DNA of 64,000 nucleotides from Victivallales bacterium (GTDB lineage Bacteria; Verrucomicrobiota; Lentisphaeria; Victivallales; UBA1829): NCBI GenBank assembly GCA_045592785.1, contig JAZNVL010000020.1, positions 9,872 to 73,871 of the forward strand, read 5' to 3'. Shown piece by piece: positions 56,204 to 64,000 of this stretch (position 1 is its first letter; each line of letters starts with the position of its first letter). The notes under the pieces were generated by a model. It saw only the letters and a program-made list of their open reading frames with translations, ran no database searches and was not told where the DNA came from. The position numbers and the translations under genes were made by a program.

Positions 56204-58171
56204 TTACCAGCTGTCCGTGCGGAAGGGAGACGCGGGGAATCCGGCATCGTTGTAAACGGTGCAGTCGGGATTCGTAGACCAGGCATAACGCACAGCCGCG
56301 GGGAGTTTGACGGCATGACAGCGGATCAGCAGAGAGTTGTCACCGTCGATGGTAACGCTGTCTGCGGGGAAGAATTCGTGAGTGAGTTCCTCCGCAACAA
56401 AGAAACTGCGTACGGCGTTTTCTTTGAGGACGATCTTTCCGACATTGCGGAAGGACACCCGGATGGCATCGCCTTCCACAGTGTATGAGGTATAGACTGG
56501 ACCTTCCGGCACGCAATCGAAATGATAAACTCTGTTCAGAGCATTTGCGGCGAGACGATCGCCCACCGTCTTCTTGTCCTGGGGGTGGATATCCAGTTCT
56601 TCGCCCGCATCGATGGCAGTTGCCATGTAAGAGTTTTTCATGGTGTCACGGACGATCCGCTGCTGTTCACGGACTTCGCTCCAGTAAGACCCGCCTTCCT
56701 GATAAAGTTCCGGTTTGGTGTATCCGGCAAGTTCCACTTGCAGGAAGGGGAAATCGCCCTGTCCCCAGCGGAACCGCCAGTCTTCGATCATGCAGCGGAG
56801 ATGTCCGGCGTACTGTTTGGACTGGTACTGACCGGCATTGCTTTCGCCCTGATACCAGATGGCACCGCGGATGGCGTAGGGAACGATGGGATTGATCATG
56901 CAGTCATACAGGATGCCGGCAGTCTGGGGATTGCCGGGTCCCAACGGTTCGGTTACGGCGGTAACGATACCGAAATCGGTTTCGGCAAAGGCTTTGCACT
57001 GTCCGGCGAAACAGATCTCATCTTCCGGAGAGGAAACGCGTTTGAGTGCATAGACCTGCTGGGAACCGGAGAAACTGCCATCGTACACGAACGAAAATGC
57101 GCGGATCGCGATCACGTTTTCGCCGGCTTTCACCAGGTTGCCGGGGATCCGGTATTCCCGGGGCAGGTTCCAGTATTTTGTTTCATATTTTTCACCGGAG
57201 CGGCCGATTTCCACTCCGTTGAAGTAAACAACGTCGTGTTTATCCACGGGACCGGAGGTGTAGATGAGATCTTCTCCCGCCCAATCTGCGGGGAGTGTGA
57301 CTTTCTTACGCACCCATACGATCCCGTTTCCGGCGATATTCTGACGGATCCAGCTGCCGGGGATCCGGAACTGATACCACTGGGAATCATCGAAATCAAT
57401 TGCCGCCCAGCCATTGGCAAAGCCTTTGTTTTCGGTATCGGCGGGATAGCCGGCTTCCTCCGCCGTTTTGGGCGGATTGAAACGGTCTTCCTTTTCGAAG
57501 AAGGAGTCCACCTGATCGGCTTCAAAGTAACTCTGGGGATTCCGCATCAACCCTTCCCGGCTGATCCATGCCTGTACGCGGGTCCCGCCGAAACTGGAAC
57601 AGATCAACCCGATGGGCACGTTCAATTTCTGTTTCAAACGAAGTCCGAACCAGGCGGCAACGGCGGAAATATCACCGCAGGATTCCGGCGTCATGTTTTT
57701 CCATTTGCAGCTTTCCGGCAGAGAATCTTCCCGGATCCCGGTGGAGATCTGCGGCACGTTGATCGCACGGATATCGGAATTTTCTTTGAGCAGTTCCTTG
57801 TATTCTTCAAACTGTTTGACGTAGGTATCAAACACCGGCAGACCGCCCTTATCCAACACAGCCCAGGTGCTGTCGAGAAAGTACTGCATATTGGACTGAC
57901 CGGAAGCGATCCACACTTCCCCGATCAGAATATCGTCAAGCGTCACGCTTTCGCCATTGCCGGCATCCGTTACAGTCAGCGTATGAGGTCCGCCCGCTTC
58001 CAATGCGGGAAAACGCAGCGTGAATGCGCCCGATGCCGCGGCTTTTGTGACTGCCTTTTTGCCCGCAAGTTCGCCTTTGATAAAGTGGCCGGGTTCGGCA
58101 TAGCCCCAGACAGGAATGGAAATGTTGCGCTGCAGAACGGCGCCGGACTGAAAAATACTGCTCAGTTTCAT
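56204..58171 (-). CDS. sialate O-acetylesterase family protein (paralog)
   Basis: It has the same motif set (GEVWIASGQSNM, VVYFNGVEIGRSG, AIWYQGESN). By eye, about 65-70% of the first 100 residues are identical to the downstream copy. Confidence 0.8.
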   Translation of the reverse strand: MKLSSIFQSGAVLQRNISIPVWGYAEPGHFIKGELAGKKAVTKAAASGAFTLRFPALEAGGPHTLTVTDAGNGESVTLDDILIGEVWIASGQSNMQYFLDSTWAVLDKGGLPVFDTYVKQFEEYKELLKENSDIRAINVPQISTGIREDSLPESCKWKNMTPESCGDISAVAAWFGLRLKQKLNVPIGLICSSFGGTRVQAWISREGLMRNPQSYFEADQVDSFFEKEDRFNPPKTAEEAGYPADTENKGFANGWAAIDFDDSQWYQFRIPGSWIRQNIAGNGIVWVRKKVTLPADWAGEDLIYTSGPVDKHDVVYFNGVEIGRSGEKYETKYWNLPREYRIPGNLVKAGENVIAIRAFSFVYDGSFSGSQQVYALKRVSSPEDEICFAGQCKAFAETDFGIVTAVTEPLGPGNPQTAGILYDCMINPIVPYAIRGAIWYQGESNAGQYQSKQYAGHLRCMIEDWRFRWGQGDFPFLQVELAGYTKPELYQEGGSYWSEVREQQRIVRDTMKNSYMATAIDAGEELDIHPQDKKTVGDRLAANALNRVYHFDCVPEGPVYTSYTVEGDAIRVSFRNVGKIVLKENAVRSFFVAEELTHEFFPADSVTIDGDNSLLIRCHAVKLPAAVRYAWSTNPDCTVYNDAGFPASPFRTDSW

Positions 58172-58281
58172 AATGGTGTTATTCCTTGATTAAATTAAAA
58201 GGTTTCTGTAAAAATAGCATAAATCTTTCCGTTTTCAAGTAAGAAGCATAAAAAAAAGTGAAAAAAAGTAAAAAGAGGACT

Positions 58282-58310
58282 TGAAAAATGACTCTCCGGT
58301 CATTATATTA
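58282..58310 (+). promoter_or_regulatory. putative promoter TTGAAA-N17-TATATT with embedded palindrome AATGAC-N6-GTCATT (candidate TetR operator)
   Basis: The -35 lies at 58282-87 and the -10 at 58305-10. The inverted repeat at 58288-93 / 58300-05 fills the spacer. It sits 38 nt upstream of the MFP ATG at 58348. Confidence 0.45.
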
Positions 58311-58347
58311 TCCGGAAATCAATTTATCACTATTATTTTGGAAGGAC

Positions 58348-59592
58348 ATGGAAATGGGAAAGATCATTACCGGGATCACCGCATTGGTGCTGCTGGTGGC
58401 GTTCGGATTGTACGCCGGGTACCGCAGCTATGAAGCATATCAGAAGAACCAGAAAATGCAGGCTGGCAAGAAGGTCAGAAATGTCGTGGTGAACATGGCA
58501 GAACCGGAACGGAAGAACATGACGGATGAACGCCGTTTCTCCGGGACCAGTGTGGCGTGGAGCGACTTTACCGTGGATCCGAAAGTGGACGGCAGGCTGA
58601 TGCGTCTTCATTTTGACATTGGCGACACCGTGAAACGCGGGGACCTGATCGCGGAGATCGATGATCGCGAATTCCGTCAGCAGGTACAGGAAGCGGAAGC
58701 GAATCTGGATTATGCGAAAGCGAAACTGCGGGAAGCAAGTGAAGTCTCCAAATTGAAGAAAAGCGAATTTGAACGTCGTAAGACACTGATCGACCTTTCC
58801 GCTGTGTCACGGTCCGACTTCGAACAGGCGGAAAGCGAAATGCTTTCCCAGCTGGCAACAGAAGCCATGTGCCGCGCCGATGTGAAACGGAGCGAAGCCG
58901 TACTGGAAAATGCGAAACTGAAACTCTCTTACACCCGGATCCATGCACAATGGCACGGGGCGGATAAAGCACGTCATATCGGGAAGCGTTTTGTGGATGA
59001 AGGTGCCCTTCTGAAAGTGGGAAGCACCTCGTTGCTCACGATCGTGGAACTGGACCGGATCAAAGCGAATGTGCAGATCATCGAACGGGATTACCCGTAT
59101 TTGAGAGTGGGACAGAAAGCGGATATTGAAACAGATGCCTATCCCGGCGAAGTATTCAGCGGTGAGATCTCTCACATCAACAATACCCTTGACGAAAAAA
59201 CACGCAGTGCCACCGCCATCATCTCCATCGACAACAAAGACCTGCGGCTCCGTCCGGGGATGTTCCTCCGGGTACGCATCAAGCTTGCCGAACACAAAAA
59301 TGCCCTGACGGTCCCCCTGAGTGCTCTGGTACAGAAAGACGACAAAACGATCGTATTCCAGTATGTCGACGGGAAAGCCGTACAGACGGAAGTGCAGACC
59401 GGGCTGACCGATGGAAAATCGGTGGAGATCCTCTCGCCGGAACTGAAATATCCGGTGGCGACGGTCGGGAATCACCTGCTGAATGACGGGATGGCAGTCG
59501 AGATCTCGGAACTCTCCCGTCAGGAAATGGCGGAAAAGAAATTGAAGGATGGGAAAGCAAAAGCGCAACCCGCCCCGGAGAATAAGAAATGA
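58348..59592 (+). CDS. efflux RND transporter periplasmic adaptor (MFP) subunit
   Basis: It has an N-terminal TM anchor, a coiled-coil hairpin (QQVQEAEANLDYAKAKL...) and lipoyl/beta-barrel motifs (PGMFLRVRI). Start moved to the ATG at 58348, preceded by GGAAGGA. The track start lies inside the promoter. Confidence 0.85.
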   Translation: MEMGKIITGITALVLLVAFGLYAGYRSYEAYQKNQKMQAGKKVRNVVVNMAEPERKNMTDERRFSGTSVAWSDFTVDPKVDGRLMRLHFDIGDTVKRGDLIAEIDDREFRQQVQEAEANLDYAKAKLREASEVSKLKKSEFERRKTLIDLSAVSRSDFEQAESEMLSQLATEAMCRADVKRSEAVLENAKLKLSYTRIHAQWHGADKARHIGKRFVDEGALLKVGSTSLLTIVELDRIKANVQIIERDYPYLRVGQKADIETDAYPGEVFSGEISHINNTLDEKTRSATAIISIDNKDLRLRPGMFLRVRIKLAEHKNALTVPLSALVQKDDKTIVFQYVDGKAVQTEVQTGLTDGKSVEILSPELKYPVATVGNHLLNDGMAVEISELSRQEMAEKKLKDGKAKAQPAPENKK

Positions 59593-62500
59593 ATATCGCC
59601 GAGTTCTCAGTAAGACGTCCGTTGTTCATCACCATGATGGCGTGTATCGTCATCGTGCTGGGCGGGATCTCCCTGCGGTATCTGCCGGTGGACCTGTTCC
59701 CGGAAATCGACTTCCCTGCGGTCTCCCTGACGACGGAGTACACCGATGCCAGCCCGGAAGAAGTGGAAGAACTCATCACGCGCCCGCTGGAACGCTCCAT
59801 CAGTGCGGTGACGGGGATCAAAGAGATCAAATCCAATTCTTCGGAAGAAATCAGTTCCATCACCGTGGAATTCACCTGGGAAACGAATCTGGATGAAGCC
59901 GTTTCCGACCTGCGTGACCGTATTGACCGCGCCATGCGCGCGCTGCCCGATGACGTGGACCGTCCCTCTCTGCGCCGGTTCAATTCCGCGGCAATGCCCA
60001 TCATGCGCCTGGGTGTCAGTACCCAGATGGACCTGTTGAAAGCCAAAAAGCTCCTGGAAGACCAGGTGCAATACCGGTTTGAACGTATCGAAGGGGTTGC
60101 ATCCGCCAACGTCAGCGGCGGTATGACCCGTGAGATCCAGGTATTGATCGATGTGGATAAAGCCCGTGCGCTGAAAGTCCCCATGGACACCATTCTTTCC
60201 AAGCTGAAAGATGCCAACGTGACGACTCCCGCCGGGAACGTGAAAAGCGGCGCCATGGAGATCCGTATGCGTACCCTGGGTACGTTCCAGAATCTGGACC
60301 AGCTTCGGGAACTCTATATTGCCACCGGGGAAGACGGAAAGAACATCCGGCTGAAAGATGTTGCGGAAGTCAACGATACTTACGAAGAACGGACCCGTTA
60401 TGTGCGCGTGAACGGGAAACCGGGTATCTTCATTGAGATCTACAAGCAGTCCGGTGCCAATACCGTGGCAGTTGCGCGTGAAGTGCGGAAAGAACTGGAC
60501 CGCATCAATCTGGACATGGGCTCGCAGTTCTCCATCGCCCCGGTCAATGACTCTTCAAAATACATTCAGCGTGCCATCAACAACGTGGCGGACAGCGCGA
60601 TTTCCGGCGGTTTGATCGCCATCTGTATTCTCTTCATCTTCCTGTGCAATTTCCGCAGTACGCTCATTATCGCCATCAGTATCCCGCTTTCCATCGTTGC
60701 CACATTCGTGCTGGTTTATTTCTGCGGATACACCATCAACACCATGACACTCGGCGGGCTCGCGCTGGGTGTGGGGATGCTGGTCGATAACTCCATCGTG
60801 GTGCTGGAAAATATCGTGCGACTCCATGACGGCGGAATGAACCGGAGAAGTGCCGCCGTTCAGGGGACCACCGAAGTCACCGGGGCATTGATCGCCAGTA
60901 CGTTGACCACCGTCGCCGTGTTCCTGCCGCTGATCTTCACCAAAGGGATGGCGGGGATCATGTTCCGTCAGCTCGCCATGGTGATCGTGTTCTCTCTCAT
61001 GTGTTCTCTGATTTCCGCGTTGACCCTGGTCCCCATGATGGCGGGCCATTTCCTTTCGGAAGACCGGGAAGGTGCCAAACACGGGATCTTCTACCGGTTG
61101 GGTAAATGGATCATTCACGCCTTCGACCAGTTCAGTGATTTCTATGCTTCGCTGCTGGAAGTTGTGCTGCGGAACCGCATCGTCACCATTCTGCTCGCAC
61201 TCATCATCCTGGGCGCATCCTGCTTCCTGATCCCCGTGATCGGGACGGAACTCATGCCGCCCACAGACGAAGGCGAGATCCGGATCAATATGGAAGATGC
61301 CGTGGGGACGGGTCCCCGGTTCATGGATGAAACCGCCATGACCGTCCTGCCCGTGATCCGGCAGAATGCACCCGGTTTGATCAACATGACCATGTTCTCC
61401 GGGGCAAGCAACTGGCGCGCAAACGGCGGACACAAGACGAACTTCAATCTGGAGCTTCCGCCCCGGACACAGCGGGATATTTCCACCGATGCCATTTGTC
61501 AGGAACTGAACAAGGCATTGAGCGATTTCCCCGGTCTGACCTTCCGGGTACGCCCCAGACGTTCTTTCATGGCGGGCGGCAGCAGCAACGACGAAATGAG
61601 TATCGACATCCGCGGGTATGACTTCGAAACAGCGGATGCCCTCGGCAGACGTGCCGCGGATATCGCCCGGACCATCGAAGGGGTGACGGACGTGGAACTG
61701 AGCCGCGATGCCGGTACGCCGGAACGCCGTGTGATCATTGACCGTGACAAAGCGGAATCCATGAATATATCGGTGAAAAAGATCGCGGATGTATTGCGTA
61801 CGATCCTGGCGGGAAGTGAAGCCGGGAATTTCCGGGAAGCCGGGGATGAATACACGATCCGTGTGAAAGTGAAAGATGCGGACAAACTGGATCCCCGTGA
61901 CATTCTGGACCTGACCGTGCAGAACGAAAATGGCGAGAACGTGGTACTGCGGAACGTGGTCGCTCATGAATCCACACTTGGTCCCGTCACCATCGAACGG
62001 AAAAACCAGCAGCGTGTCCTCACGGTGAAAGCGAACCTGCTTGACCGTGACATGGGATCCGCCGTGGCGGAATTCCGTGAAAAATTGAAAGCATTGGAAC
62101 CGCTCCCTGCGGAATTTTCCATCGTATTCAGCGGCAGTTACGAAGACCAACAGGAAACATTCCAGGAGTTGATCTTTGCGTTCACTCTGGCTCTTGTGCT
62201 GGTGTATATGGTCATGGTCTGTCAGTTCGAATCGCTGAAAGACCCGCTGATCGTGATCTTCTCGGTCCCGTTGGCGGCGATCGGGGTGATCACCATGCTG
62301 CTCATGACGTATACCACGTTCAATATGCAGTCCATTATCGGTTGCGTGATGCTTGCCGGGATCGTGGTGAATAACGCCATTCTGCTCATCGATACCGCCA
62401 ATCTGCTCCGGCGGAGAGATGGTCTTTCCCTCTCCAAAGCCATCCGGGAAACCGGACGGCGCCGTCTGCGCCCCATTCTCATGACCACCCTCACCACTGT

Positions 62501-62684
62501 TCTGGGGTTGATCCCGATGGCGTTGGGACTGGGTGACGGCGGGGAAGCCCAGGCGCCTCTTGCCCGTGCGGTGATCGGCGGTTTGAGCAGTTCCACACTG
62601 ATCACGCTGTTCTTCATCCCTGCCCTGTATTCGCTGATCGAAAGTGCAAAATTCTATCGCCGCAAAAAGAAAGTCCGTTCCTGA
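59589..62684 (+). CDS. efflux RND transporter permease (AcrB/HAE family)
   Basis: 1031 aa. The N-terminus is IAEFSVRRPLFITMMACIVIVLG. The 12-TM/2-loop architecture is present, with ...GLALGVGMLVDNSIVVLENI... and ...AGIVVNNAILLID.... There is a 4-nt overlap with the MFP gene. Confidence 0.95.
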   Translation: MNIAEFSVRRPLFITMMACIVIVLGGISLRYLPVDLFPEIDFPAVSLTTEYTDASPEEVEELITRPLERSISAVTGIKEIKSNSSEEISSITVEFTWETNLDEAVSDLRDRIDRAMRALPDDVDRPSLRRFNSAAMPIMRLGVSTQMDLLKAKKLLEDQVQYRFERIEGVASANVSGGMTREIQVLIDVDKARALKVPMDTILSKLKDANVTTPAGNVKSGAMEIRMRTLGTFQNLDQLRELYIATGEDGKNIRLKDVAEVNDTYEERTRYVRVNGKPGIFIEIYKQSGANTVAVAREVRKELDRINLDMGSQFSIAPVNDSSKYIQRAINNVADSAISGGLIAICILFIFLCNFRSTLIIAISIPLSIVATFVLVYFCGYTINTMTLGGLALGVGMLVDNSIVVLENIVRLHDGGMNRRSAAVQGTTEVTGALIASTLTTVAVFLPLIFTKGMAGIMFRQLAMVIVFSLMCSLISALTLVPMMAGHFLSEDREGAKHGIFYRLGKWIIHAFDQFSDFYASLLEVVLRNRIVTILLALIILGASCFLIPVIGTELMPPTDEGEIRINMEDAVGTGPRFMDETAMTVLPVIRQNAPGLINMTMFSGASNWRANGGHKTNFNLELPPRTQRDISTDAICQELNKALSDFPGLTFRVRPRRSFMAGGSSNDEMSIDIRGYDFETADALGRRAADIARTIEGVTDVELSRDAGTPERRVIIDRDKAESMNISVKKIADVLRTILAGSEAGNFREAGDEYTIRVKVKDADKLDPRDILDLTVQNENGENVVLRNVVAHESTLGPVTIERKNQQRVLTVKANLLDRDMGSAVAEFREKLKALEPLPAEFSIVFSGSYEDQQETFQELIFAFTLALVLVYMVMVCQFESLKDPLIVIFSVPLAAIGVITMLLMTYTTFNMQSIIGCVMLAGIVVNNAILLIDTANLLRRRDGLSLSKAIRETGRRRLRPILMTTLTTVLGLIPMALGLGDGGEAQAPLARAVIGGLSSSTLITLFFIPALYSLIESAKFYRRKKKVRS

Positions 62685-63262
62685 TGCCGAGATACAGTAA
62701 AGAAAAACGTGAACAACTGACCGATCAGATGCGGTCCGCCATCCGGACAAGCTTCGCCCGTCTCTGTGCGGAAACAGGCGATGTCTCCATGGAACGCGTT
62801 GCACAGGATGCCGGGATCGCCAAGGGCACGATCTATCTTTACTACAAAACGAAACTGGAACTCATCCGGGATGTACTCAATGCAAACCGCGAAATCATGC
62901 TCGCGCGAATCGAAGAAATGATAAAAACCACCGATCCCCCGGAGGAACAACTCCGCCTTTACGCCCGGATCATGATGGAGGAATTCCAGAAAAACCGGCA
63001 TTTGCGCACCGAATTCATCCGGAGCAGCGGGCTGCCCGCTCTCCCCCGGAATATCCGCGGGATCGAAATGCTCAATTGCATTTTGCAGTCCGGGATCGAA
63101 CGCGGAGTTTTTCGTCCGGTCCCCGTGGAAGATACCGTGACATTCATCCGGGCATCGCTGATCGGACAATTCCGTTTTCTCCTGATGGAGCGGAAGAACA
63201 TTGACATTGAACGCGCCATGAATGTATTTGAAGACATGGTCCTGCGAGCATTGAAAAAGTGA
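62684..63262 (+). CDS. TetR/AcrR family transcriptional regulator
   Basis: The N-terminal HTH is VSMERVAQDAGIAKGTIYLYYKTKLEL. 192 aa. Its ATG overlaps the RND stop (TGATG). Confidence 0.85.
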   Translation: MPRYSKEKREQLTDQMRSAIRTSFARLCAETGDVSMERVAQDAGIAKGTIYLYYKTKLELIRDVLNANREIMLARIEEMIKTTDPPEEQLRLYARIMMEEFQKNRHLRTEFIRSSGLPALPRNIRGIEMLNCILQSGIERGVFRPVPVEDTVTFIRASLIGQFRFLLMERKNIDIERAMNVFEDMVLRALKK

Positions 63263-63267
63263 CCGTA

Positions 63268-64000
63268 TGTACCAGCTTCTTCTTTATGCCGTTGCGGCAT
63301 TTCTGACAGCATTATTCAGTACACCGGAACTCTACTGGAATTTTGATTCCTCCTCCTTCGCCTCTCTGCATGAACTGGCAGACCGCATTTTCACGTTTTC
63401 GTTTCAGGGCGCATTGTTCCGGCAATGGGCGTTGATGATGTGTGTTTACGGTGCCGGACTTTTCCTGCCGAAACTGGCGCGGACTCTGCTCCTGACCATA
63501 TTCCTCGCCGCAGTCGGGTTATTTTCCTTCTTCAATTCCTATCTGGTGTTCCGCTATTCCTGTCCGGCGGCGGAAATGGTGGTCATCCTGAACTCAGCGG
63601 ACGTGCAGGAAGTACGGGAATACTTTTCCGCCATGTTCATCAACAATCCCCTGTTTCTTGTCTGCGGGGGACTCCTGTTGTTCGCACTGCCCGCTGCCTT
63701 CGGATTCCTGTTGCACCGTCTGCCTGCTCCGGGACACCGCAGAGTGATCGCAGGCGGGACCGCCGGATTCGTTCTGCTGTTCTATCTTTTCCCGCCGTAC
63801 AGTTATGATTTCACATTCTGGCGTGATCTTCCGGCGGTGGATTTTCTCTACCGTCTTTCGGAAAAGGATTTCTTCCTGCGCAGTGCCGGGGAGATCGTCA
63901 CACAGCATAACCTGCCCGCAGGGAGCGAACAGGTTCTGGCGGACCGGGAAAAAGTTTTCGGACTTTTTGTGCTTGGGGAAAGCGACAACCGGTGGCATCA
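63268..64000 (+). CDS. phosphoethanolamine-transferase-like (EptA/sulfatase-family) membrane protein, N-terminal part (open at the window end)
   Basis: It is not in the ORF track because no stop is reached. I translated ATG 63268 by hand and the frame stays open to 64000 (244 codons). There are 4-5 TM helices. GLFVLGESDNRWH follows and resembles the start of the alkaline-phosphatase-superfamily catalytic domain. Confidence 0.55.

Noticed and set aside
54557-58189. Two long plus-strand ORFs (54557..55846 and 56522..58189) opposite the esterase genes
   Set aside because: Both are antisense shadows. The minus-strand frames carry the conserved GQSNM / YQGESN esterase motifs and are paralogous to each other.
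58288-58347. Track start of the MFP gene at 58288
   Set aside because: That ATG lies inside the predicted promoter spacer/palindrome. The ATG at 58348 has a GGAAGGA RBS and begins directly at the membrane anchor.
60555-62804. 749-aa ORF antisense to the RND permease
   Set aside because: Its composition is extremely biased (D, H, R, G, Q runs), which is typical of the reverse frame of a GC3-rich membrane-protein gene. The plus-strand AcrB-like reading is unambiguous.
1-64000. Search by eye for CRISPR arrays, rRNA, IS elements, integrases and prophage genes
   Set aside because: None recognised. The only regularly spaced repeats are the 13-bp operator pair and the 48-bp promoter duplication.

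Overview
The window holds about 50 protein genes and one tRNA. I saw no rRNA, CRISPR array, IS element or integrase. The host is a moderately GC-rich bacterium. Tandem prepilin-type/H-X9-DG proteins, a GTP-type PEPCK and many glycan-active enzymes suggest a PVC-superphylum (Lentisphaerota/Verrucomicrobiota-like) glycan forager; this is inference only. Core genes are pckG, ftsK, a rodZ-like gene, priA, alr, mraY, murA, plsY-gpsA, queH, rmuC and tRNA-Arg(ACG). Accessory content: (1) a ceramidase-like hydrolase plus a clan GH-A glycosidase; (2) a MATE pump; (3) an AraC-flanked operon of two Gfo/Idh/MocA oxidoreductases and a xylose-isomerase-like TIM-barrel protein; (4) a receiver-domain::Ser/Thr-kinase fusion; (5) a SIS + FGGY kinase pair; (6) two tandem H-X9-DG pseudopilins; (7) an 11-kb minus-strand glycan-assembly cluster (GT2, GT4, two GT9, two methyltransferases, a sugar dehydrogenase, two SDR epimerases), part of which is clearly lower in GC; (8) two tandem sialate-O-acetylesterase paralogs; (9) an MFP-RND-TetR efflux operon followed by an open-ended EptA-like gene that is absent from the ORF track. 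The most interesting locus is a 1.05-kb DUF3791-DUF3990-DUF3791 cassette beside tRNA-Arg. It is bracketed by perfect 48-bp direct repeats, and each repeat carries a near-consensus promoter. The DUF3990 protein shows H..Y..Q motifs reminiscent of H-Y-[EDQ] ADP-ribosyltransferases, so this is a candidate toxin/antitoxin-like or defence module. Many long ORFs in the track are antisense shadows of real genes and were rejected. All family calls come from motif recognition by eye; no searches were run.
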